From: Myxococcota bacterium
GTDB taxonomy: Bacteria > Myxococcota_A > UBA796 > CAJQPC01
NCBI GenBank assembly: GCA_036229005.1
Contig: JAZAMN010000008.1
Coordinates: forward strand, 1-64,000
Direction of reading: 5' to 3'
Length of the DNA stretch: 64,000 nucleotides
Shown: positions 49,901 to 56,787 of the stretch, piece by piece
Layout: each line of letters begins with the position of its first letter
How positions within the stretch are numbered: the first letter of the stretch is position 1
The notes under the pieces: generated by a model
Told to the model about the DNA's origin: nothing
Database searches by the model: none
What the model saw: the letters and a program-made list of their open reading frames with translations, nothing else
Made by a program: the position numbers and the translations under genes

Positions 49901-51022
49901 AGGCTGCTGACGCTCCTCGCCCTTGGCTGCGCCCCCGATCCCGCCCCCGCCGAGCGCCCCCCACCCCAGGTGGGTGTGCTCCACGCCCAGACCGAATCCC
50001 TGCCCGTCCAGCTCGAGCTGCCCGGCCGCGTCGAGGCCGTCCGCACCGCCCAGGTGCGCGCGCGCGTGACCGGCGTGGTGCTGGAGCGCAGCTTTGAAGA
50101 GGGCGAGTGGGTGGAGCAGGGCCAGGTGCTCTACCGCATCGACCCCGCCCCCATGCAGGCCGCGCTGGCACAGGCCAAGGCCCAGGTCTCCGTGGCCCAG
50201 GCCAACCTGCAGCTCGCCCAGAGCACCGCCCAGCGCCTGGAGCCCCTGGCGGGCACCAAGGCCGTGAGCGCCCAGACCCTGGATGACGCCCGGGCCGCCG
50301 AGGCCCAGGCCCGCGCCAGCCTGGAGCTCGCCAAGGCCCAGGCCCAGTCGGCGGCGCTGGATCTGCAGTACGCCACCGTGCGCGCGCCCATCTCCGGGCG
50401 CATCGGGCGGGGCCTGGTCACTGAGGGTGCCCTCGTCAGCGCCGGGGAGCTCACCCCCATGGCGAGCATCGTGCAGCTCGATCCGGTGTACGTGAACCTG
50501 TCGGTGCCCGTGGCGGAGCTGCGGGCACTGCGCGCCCAGTCCGGCACCTCCCTGGAGCAGGAGCAGGGCGCTCAGGTCACCCTCTCCGACGGCGACTGGC
50601 AGTACGCCCACACCGGCAGCCTGCTGTTCACCGACGTGAGCGTGGACCCCCAGACCGGCAGCACGCTGATCCGCGCCAGCTTCCCCAACCCCGACGCGGA
50701 GCTGCTCCCGGGCATGTTCGTGCGCGGCTCGGTCCAGGGGCAGCGCAAGGAGCTCGCGGTCTCCCTGCCCGAGGAGGTCATCCAGCGCTCCGGCGGCGAG
50801 TCCAGCGTGATCGTGGTGCAGGACGGCGTCGCCAAGCAGCGCAGCGTCCAGGTGCGCCGCACGGTCGGCACCCAGGTGGTGGTCCAGGGCCTGGAGTCCG
50901 GGGACGCCGTGGTGACCGACGGCTTCCAGAAGCTCACGGTGGGGCAGCCCGTCACCGCCGTCGAGGTCCAGGCCCAGGCCGAAGCCCCCCAGACGCCCAC
51001 CGTGGCGCAGGCGGAGGAGTAG
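49901..51022 (+). CDS. RND efflux periplasmic adaptor (AcrA/MexA-like lipoprotein); start codon irregular
   Basis: ELPGRVEAVRTAQVRARVTG, APISGRIG and FPNPDAELLPGMFV motifs; in-frame lipobox LLTLLALGC at 49904-49930 lies upstream of the called GTG 49970. Confidence 0.9.
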   Translation, partial: RLLTLLALGCAPDPAPAERPPPQVGVLHAQTESLPVQLELPGRVEAVRTAQVRARVTGVVLERSFEEGEWVEQGQVLYRIDPAPMQAALAQAKAQVSVAQANLQLAQSTAQRLEPLAGTKAVSAQTLDDARAAEAQARASLELAKAQAQSAALDLQYATVRAPISGRIGRGLVTEGALVSAGELTPMASIVQLDPVYVNLSVPVAELRALRAQSGTSLEQEQGAQVTLSDGDWQYAHTGSLLFTDVSVDPQTGSTLIRASFPNPDAELLPGMFVRGSVQGQRKELAVSLPEEVIQRSGGESSVIVVQDGVAKQRSVQVRRTVGTQVVVQGLESGDAVVTDGFQKLTVGQPVTAVEVQAQAEAPQTPTVAQAEE

Positions 51023-54000
51023 ATGTCCCAGTTCTTCGCCAAGCGGCCCGTCTTCGCGTGGGTCGTGGCCATCTTCCTGGCCCTGGGTGGCCTGCTGGCG
51101 CTCTTTGAGCTGCCCGTCGCCCAGTACCCCACCGTGGCCCCGCCCACGGTCAACGTCTCCGCGACCTGGCCCGGCGCCTCCGCGGAGCTCATCGACGAGT
51201 CGGTGACCTCGGTGATCGAGCAGGAGCTCAACAGCGCCGAGAACATGCTCTACATGGAGAGCCAGAGCCAGGCGGGGCAGGCGCAGATCAGCGTCTCCTT
51301 CCAGCCCGGCACCGACCCCCAGCTCGCCACCGTCGACGTGCAGAACCTGATCAAGCGGGTCGAGGCCAAGCTGCCCGCCGCCGTGCAGTCCCAGGGCGTG
51401 CAGGTCACCCGCTCCAGCTCCTCCTTCCTGCTCATCGCCTCGCTGGTCTCCGCCGACGGCAGCATGAGCTCGGTCGAGCTGGGCGACTACATCAACCGCA
51501 GCGTGGCCAACGAGCTGCGCCGGGTCAACGGCGTCGGCGAGGTGCTGGTCTTCGGCACCGAGCACGCCATGCGCGTGTGGCTGGAGCCCGAGCGCCTGGT
51601 GGCCCACGACCTGACCGCCGCCGAGGTCAGCGCCGCCATCGCCGCCCAGAACCTCACCGTCTCCGCCGGCACCGTGGGCGCCCGCCCCCTGACCCCCGAG
51701 CAGCAGCTCTACGCGGACATCAACGTCCAGGGCCAGCTCGGCAGCGTCGAGGAGTTCAAGGACATCGTCGTGCGCGCCAACAGCGACGGCTCCCTGGTGC
51801 GCCTGGGGGATGTCGCCCGGGTCGAGCTGGGCGGCCAGAGCTACGCGACCACCGCCCGCACCAACGGCCAGCCCTCCGCCGCGATGGGCGTGCGCCTGTC
51901 GCCCACCGCCAACGCCCTCGCCACCGCCACCGCCGTCAAGGATCGCCTGGACGAGCTCTCCTACGGCTTCCCGGACGGCGTGGAGATCGTGCTGCCCTTC
52001 GACTCCTCGACCTTCATCGAGATCTCCATCGAGTCGGTGCTGCACACCCTGCTCGAGGCGATGGTCCTGGTGTTCCTGGTGATGTTCATCTTCCTCCAGA
52101 ACCTCCGGGCCACCCTCATCCCCACCATCGTGGTCCCCGTGGCCCTGCTGGGCTCGCTGCTGGTGCTCTACGCGCTGGGCTACTCCATCAACGTGCTCAC
52201 CATGTTCGGCATGGTGCTCGCCATCGGCATCCTGGTCGACGACGCCATCGTGGTCGTCGAGAACGTCGAGCGCATCATGGCCGAGGAGCACCTCTCCCCC
52301 CTGGCCGCCACCCAGAAGGCCATGGGTCAGATCCAGGGCGCCATCGTCGGCATCACCCTGGTGCTCGTGGTCGTGTTCCTGCCCATGGGCCTCTTCGGCG
52401 GCGCGGTGGGCGTGATCTACCGCCAGTTCTCCGTGACCATGGCCAGCTCCATCCTCTTCTCGGCGCTGCTGGCCCTCACCCTCACCCCGGCCCTGTGCGC
52501 CACCCTCCTCAAGCCCCACGACCCCGACGCGGAGAAGAAGGGCCTGTTCGCCTGGTTCGACCGCGTCGTGGAGCGCAGCACCGAGGGCTACGTGTCCTGG
52601 ACCGCCCGCTTCGTCCGGCGCCTGGGCCCGTCGATGGCCGTCTACCTGGGGCTCACCCTCCTGGCCGGCCTGGGCTACTCCCTGCTGCCTGGCGGGTTCC
52701 TGCCGGATGAGGATCAGGGCAGCGTGCAGACCCTGGTCCAACTCCCCTCCGGCGCGACCGGCAACCGCACCCAGGAGGTCGTGGGCGCCATCGAGGACAC
52801 GCTGGCCCAGCAGGACGGCGTCCGCGACTACCTGACCGTCCAGGGCTTCTCCCACATGGGCCGCGGCCAGAACGCCGCCATGGCCTTCACCCAGCTCGAA
52901 GACTGGGACGAGCGCGAGCTCTCCGCCCAGCAGATCGTCGGCTCCCTGAACGCGCAGCTCTCGCAGCTCCGCGACGCCCAGGCCTTCGCGGTCAACCCCC
53001 CGGCCATCCGGGGCATGGGCAACAGCAACGGCTTCGCGTTCCGCCTGGAGGACCGCAGCGGCCTGGGCCACGAGGCCCTGATCGACGCCCGCAACCAGCT
53101 CCTGGGCATGGCCGCCGAGTCCCCCGTGCTCGCCGGGGTGCGCCCCGAGGGCCTGGAGGACGCCGCCCGCCTGGAGCTGGACATCGACCGCGAGAAGGTC
53201 GTGGCGATGGGGGTCGACTACTCCGACATCTCCCGCGCCCTGAGCATCTCCGTCGGCTCCTCGTACATCGGCGACTTCCCCCGCGCGGGCCGGCAGCAGC
53301 AGGTGATCCTGCAGGCCGACGCCCCCGCCCGCATGCACGCCGAGGACCTCTCGGAGATCTACGTGCGCAACGACGCCGGCGCCCTGGTGTCCCTGGCCGA
53401 GCTGAGCACCCTGAGCTGGGGCAGCGGCCCCATCCAGCTCACCCGCTACAACGGCTACTCGGCGGTCAAGCTCACCGGGCAGCCCGCCGAGGGATACTCC
53501 ACCGGCGAGGCCATGGCCGAGATGGAGCGCCTGGCCGACCAGCTCCCCACCGGGTTCGGCTACGAGTGGACCGGGCAGTCCCTGCAGGAGGCCACCTCCT
53601 CCAACCAGGCGCCCATGCTCTTCGCCCTCTCGCTGCTGGTGGTCTTCCTGTGCCTGGCGGCCCTCTACGAGAGCTGGTCCATCCCCACCGCGGTGCTCCT
53701 GGTCGTCCCCCTGGGCGTGCTGGGCACCGTGATGGCCACCGGCCTGCGCGGCCTGAGCGATGACGTGTACTTCAAGGTGGGCCTGATCGCCGTGATCGGC
53801 CTGTCCGCCAAGAACGCCATCCTGATCGTGGAGTTCGCCAAGGACCTGCAGGAGCAGGGCATGGGACTCATCCAGTCCGCGATCGAGGCCGCCCGCCTGC
53901 GCTTCCGCCCCATCGTGATGACCTCCCTGGCCTTCTCGCTGGGGGTGGTGCCCCTGGTGATCTCCAGCGGCGCCGGCTCCGCCAGCCAGCGGGCCATCGG

Positions 54001-54148
54001 CACCGCGGTGTTCGGCGGCATGGTCGTGGGCAGCGTGCTCGCGGTCTTCCTGGTCCCCGTCTTCTACGTGGTGGTGCGCCGCATCGCGCCCCTGCAGGAG
54101 CCCACCCCCACCGCCTCCCCCGAGCTCACGGAGGGCGCCCATGCTTAG
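51023..54148 (+). CDS. RND efflux permease (AcrB/MexB family)
   Basis: RPVFAWV, LPVAQYP, GILVDDAIVVVENVERIM, KNAILIVEFAK and RFRPIVMTSLAF motifs. Confidence 0.97.
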   Translation: MSQFFAKRPVFAWVVAIFLALGGLLALFELPVAQYPTVAPPTVNVSATWPGASAELIDESVTSVIEQELNSAENMLYMESQSQAGQAQISVSFQPGTDPQLATVDVQNLIKRVEAKLPAAVQSQGVQVTRSSSSFLLIASLVSADGSMSSVELGDYINRSVANELRRVNGVGEVLVFGTEHAMRVWLEPERLVAHDLTAAEVSAAIAAQNLTVSAGTVGARPLTPEQQLYADINVQGQLGSVEEFKDIVVRANSDGSLVRLGDVARVELGGQSYATTARTNGQPSAAMGVRLSPTANALATATAVKDRLDELSYGFPDGVEIVLPFDSSTFIEISIESVLHTLLEAMVLVFLVMFIFLQNLRATLIPTIVVPVALLGSLLVLYALGYSINVLTMFGMVLAIGILVDDAIVVVENVERIMAEEHLSPLAATQKAMGQIQGAIVGITLVLVVVFLPMGLFGGAVGVIYRQFSVTMASSILFSALLALTLTPALCATLLKPHDPDAEKKGLFAWFDRVVERSTEGYVSWTARFVRRLGPSMAVYLGLTLLAGLGYSLLPGGFLPDEDQGSVQTLVQLPSGATGNRTQEVVGAIEDTLAQQDGVRDYLTVQGFSHMGRGQNAAMAFTQLEDWDERELSAQQIVGSLNAQLSQLRDAQAFAVNPPAIRGMGNSNGFAFRLEDRSGLGHEALIDARNQLLGMAAESPVLAGVRPEGLEDAARLELDIDREKVVAMGVDYSDISRALSISVGSSYIGDFPRAGRQQQVILQADAPARMHAEDLSEIYVRNDAGALVSLAELSTLSWGSGPIQLTRYNGYSAVKLTGQPAEGYSTGEAMAEMERLADQLPTGFGYEWTGQSLQEATSSNQAPMLFALSLLVVFLCLAALYESWSIPTAVLLVVPLGVLGTVMATGLRGLSDDVYFKVGLIAVIGLSAKNAILIVEFAKDLQEQGMGLIQSAIEAARLRFRPIVMTSLAFSLGVVPLVISSGAGSASQRAIGTAVFGGMVVGSVLAVFLVPVFYVVVRRIAPLQEPTPTASPELTEGAHA

Positions 54149-55547
54149 CGCGCTGTTGGGCCTGGCCTGCCTGGCCCCCAAGTACACCCCCCCCGCCGCC
54201 CCGGTGCCCACCGACTTCCCCCAGCAGGTGCAGGCCCAGAACGCCCAGGACCTGCCCCCCTGGCAAGAGGCCTTCACCGACCCCGAGCTGCAGGGCCTGA
54301 TCCAGACCGCCCTGGACAACAACCGCAGCCTGCGGACCACCCTGCTCAGCGTCGAGCAGGCCCGGGTGCAGCTCCGCCTGTCCTCCTCCGCGCTGGCGCC
54401 TCAGTTGGGGCTGGAGGCCGGCTTCACCTCGGTGGGGACGCCGGCCTCGGTGTCTGCTTTTGGAGAGGGCTACCAGGTGAACCAGTACCGCGCGGGGCCC
54501 ACCGTCTCGTGGCAGATGGACCTGTTCGGCCAGCAGCGCTACGCGCGGCGGGCCTCGGCTGTGGAGCTCTCGGCCGCCGGCGAGGACTGGCGTGCTGCGC
54601 GCATCTCGCTGATCGCCCAGGTGGCCAGCGCCGCCTTGCAGGAGCGGGTGCTGCTGCAGGAGCAGGCGCTGGCGGCGCAGGCTCTGGCTGACCGCCAGGA
54701 GTACGCCGAGCTGGTGCGCGTGAAGGTGGAGGCGGGCCTGGCCTCGGAGCTGGACCTGCACCAGGCCAACGCGCTGGTCTCCAGCGCCCAGGTCACCCAC
54801 GCCCAGCTCGAGCGCGGCGCCGCCCAGGCCCACAACGCGCTGGTGCTGCTGGTGGGCGCCCCCGTGGCCCCGCTGGAGGCCCTGGACCGGCCGGCCCAGG
54901 AGCTGGTACGCACCACCCTGGACCCCGGCCTGCCCTCGGAGCTGCTGCTCTCCCGGCCCGATCTGCGGGCCGCCGAGCAGCGCCTGATCGCGGCCCACGC
55001 CAACATCGGCGCGGCCCGGGCGGCCTTCTTCCCCAGCATCTCGCTGACCGGCGGGGTGAACTCCGCCTCGGCGTCGCTGGGGGGGCTCTTCCAGCAGGAC
55101 ACCCTGGCCTGGAGCTTCACGGGGCCCACGGTCTCTCTGCCCATCTTCGATCTGGGCGCCCGCCGGGCCAACCTGCGGGGCTCCAAGGTGGCCCGCGAGC
55201 AGGCGCTGGCCTCCTACGAGGCGACCATCCAGACCGCCTTCCGGGAGGTCGCGGACGTGCTGGTGGCCTGGCCCACCTACGAGGCCCAGGTGGCCGCGCA
55301 GCAGGAGCTGGCCCAGACCCAGAGCCTGCGGGTGGACCTGGCCGAGCAGCGCTACGAGGGCGGCGTCTCCGACTACCTGGAGGTGCTGGACGCCGAGCGC
55401 GAGCGCCTCACCGCCGAGCTCGCCCTGCGGGAGGCCGATCTGGCCCAGGCCCAGCTCGCCGTGAGCTGGTTCTTGGTGTTGGGTGGCGGCGCGGAGTCCG
55501 AGGTCGGGATCCCGGAGTGGGAGTCGGTGCGCAGCGAGCAGCCCTGA
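54141..55547 (+). CDS. Outer-membrane efflux lipoprotein (OprM/NodT family)
   Basis: ALDNNRSL, GLPSELLLSRPDLRAAE, NIGAARAAFFPSISLTG and YLEVLDA motifs. Confidence 0.95.
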   Translation: MLSALLGLACLAPKYTPPAAPVPTDFPQQVQAQNAQDLPPWQEAFTDPELQGLIQTALDNNRSLRTTLLSVEQARVQLRLSSSALAPQLGLEAGFTSVGTPASVSAFGEGYQVNQYRAGPTVSWQMDLFGQQRYARRASAVELSAAGEDWRAARISLIAQVASAALQERVLLQEQALAAQALADRQEYAELVRVKVEAGLASELDLHQANALVSSAQVTHAQLERGAAQAHNALVLLVGAPVAPLEALDRPAQELVRTTLDPGLPSELLLSRPDLRAAEQRLIAAHANIGAARAAFFPSISLTGGVNSASASLGGLFQQDTLAWSFTGPTVSLPIFDLGARRANLRGSKVAREQALASYEATIQTAFREVADVLVAWPTYEAQVAAQQELAQTQSLRVDLAEQRYEGGVSDYLEVLDAERERLTAELALREADLAQAQLAVSWFLVLGGGAESEVGIPEWESVRSEQP

Positions 55548-55549
55548 AG

Positions 55550-55950
55550 GAGGGAACCCGGCGAGCGTTGTCCATCTCGCCGGGTTCGGGGGGCGCCATT
55601 TGTCCTGCAACAGCGGTGGAGCTCGATTGATTGAACGTCGATGTGTTCTCTACACCATCGGGGCACAGGTGGAGCCCCAAGCCGGGTACGAGCCGGCGGC
55701 TTCGACGAGTGTCTCGCTCCGGGGATTTGCAGGCAGCGCGGTTTGGATTCAGCTTCCAGCACGCAGTCTCTGTTTGATGCCCCTGTGTGACCCCGGGCTG
55801 TGATGGGCCCTGCGTCTACCAATTCCGTCACCCCCGCGTAGATGGTGCGGGGGGGAGGACTCGAACCTCCACGGGTCGGGGCTGAGCTTGTCGTTGTGGT
55901 TGAGCTTCCTCGCTGGGGGGGGTGGCCCTCATCGGGGCCAAAGACAAAGG
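55550..55950 (-). ncRNA. Putative structured ncRNA containing two circularly permuted tRNA-like modules
   Basis: Module 1 (about 55806-55877) and module 2 (55636-55707) each read T-arm, acceptor 3' strand + NCCA, 5-nt linker, complementary acceptor 5' strand, D-arm; long-range stems CCTGCAA/TTGCAGG and GGAGC/GCTCC enclose module 2; ends are approximate. Confidence 0.8.
55554..55587. terminator. Strong hairpin closing the convergent efflux operon and the ncRNA region
   Basis: 12-bp perfect inverted repeat GAACCCGGCGAG / CTCGCCGGGTTC with a 10-nt loop. Confidence 0.7.
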
Positions 55951-55955
55951 GGAGT

Positions 55956-56699
55956 TCAGGGGATGAGGTAGCGCATCAGCCGGTCACCCAGAGCGGACTG
56001 CTCCACCTCCAGGTCGTTGGCCTGCTCCACGGCGAACTGGATGGCCCGCCGCACCCGCTCGATGCGCTCGAGCAGCTCACGCTTCTCGGGGGCCGGCAGC
56101 GCGGCGCTGGTGTCGGTCTGGACCCAGTGGCCCACGACCTTGTTCACGTCGACCAGCTCGGACTGGGCCGGGTGCTCGACGGTGGCCTGGACCAGGACGA
56201 TGGGCTCCTTCACCCGCTCGGTCTTGGCCCGCTTGATCACCTCCGCGCGGTACTGGCCGCTGGCGGCATCCAAGGTCCAGACCTTGGAGTTGTCCAGCAC
56301 GGGGAGCTGGCCCACCAGCTCCGCGAGGTCCTTGAGGCGCTTCTCCAGGGTGAGCAGCAGGGGGACGGGCACGTCCTCCAGCAGGGTCTGGCCGTCGACC
56401 ACCACGTCGGCCTTGGCCTGCATGTTGCCCACATCGCAGGTGGCCACCACGTTGATCCAGTCGGACATCAGGGTGCGGACGTCGCGGAGCAGCTCCGCGG
56501 CGTCGGCCTGGATGACCTTCTTCTCGTCGGGGTACAGCCCCTCGTTCTCGGTGGTCAGGGCCTCGAACTTCTTGTGCATCCCCACAAAGTCACCGGGCTT
56601 CTTGGCCTGGTGGTAGTGCTTGGAGAGCTGGGAGGTGGCGCGCTGCGCGGCGCCCTTGCGGATGCCCACCCACTGGTTGAGCTTGGTCTTGGTCGTCAT
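55956..56699 (-). CDS. Uncharacterised 247-aa protein directly upstream of the tRNA-like ncRNA
   Basis: ATG 56699 MTTKTKLNQW; host-like codon usage; segments AKADVVVDG, LLTLEKRL, LPVLD, ATVEHPAQ and AVEQAN, which I recall (unverified) from a widespread unknown-function family, possibly DUF7873. Confidence 0.85.
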   Translation of the reverse strand: MTTKTKLNQWVGIRKGAAQRATSQLSKHYHQAKKPGDFVGMHKKFEALTTENEGLYPDEKKVIQADAAELLRDVRTLMSDWINVVATCDVGNMQAKADVVVDGQTLLEDVPVPLLLTLEKRLKDLAELVGQLPVLDNSKVWTLDAASGQYRAEVIKRAKTERVKEPIVLVQATVEHPAQSELVDVNKVVGHWVQTDTSAALPAPEKRELLERIERVRRAIQFAVEQANDLEVEQSALGDRLMRYLIP

Positions 56700-56752
56700 T
56701 TCTCTTGCCTGTGTTCTGGGCAGGAGTAGTCCCCGGCTTCGGGGGGACCAGA

Positions 56753-56772
56753 TGCGACACGGATCCGTCACA
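56753..56772. promoter_or_regulatory. Dyad operator-like site upstream of the 247-aa gene
   Basis: TGCGAC-N8-GTCACA, one mismatch from a perfect palindrome. Confidence 0.5.
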
Positions 56773-56787
56773 AATGGAGCTTGAAGC

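Noticed and set aside
49868..54340. 1490-aa minus-strand ORF and similar long shadows (396..2033, 2332..5529, 29509..32001, 36907..38949, 46058..48115)
   Set aside because: Antisense mirrors of well-identified genes, expected from high GC3 codon bias.
55373..55831. Short ORFs across the ncRNA region (55373..55831, 55408..55680, 55483..55803)
   Set aside because: They overlap the OprM-like gene, lack host codon bias or motifs, and the RNA structure explains the sequence better.
55670..55837. One intron-containing tRNA made of the module 1 5' half and the module 2 3' half
   Set aside because: The acceptor strands GCGGGGG and TTGGGGC cannot pair; each half pairs only within its own module.
55806..55877. 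Canonical tRNA-Leu gene or prophage att-site remnant
   Set aside because: The halves are in reversed order with no anticodon arm. The 5' half follows the CCA and pairs perfectly with it, a second module has the same layout, and no integrase is nearby.
55550..55950. Two-piece (permuted) tmRNA
   Set aside because: Neither acceptor stem has the G3-U70 alanine identity or a GGGG 5' end, both modules have D-arms, and I found no convincing tag reading frame.
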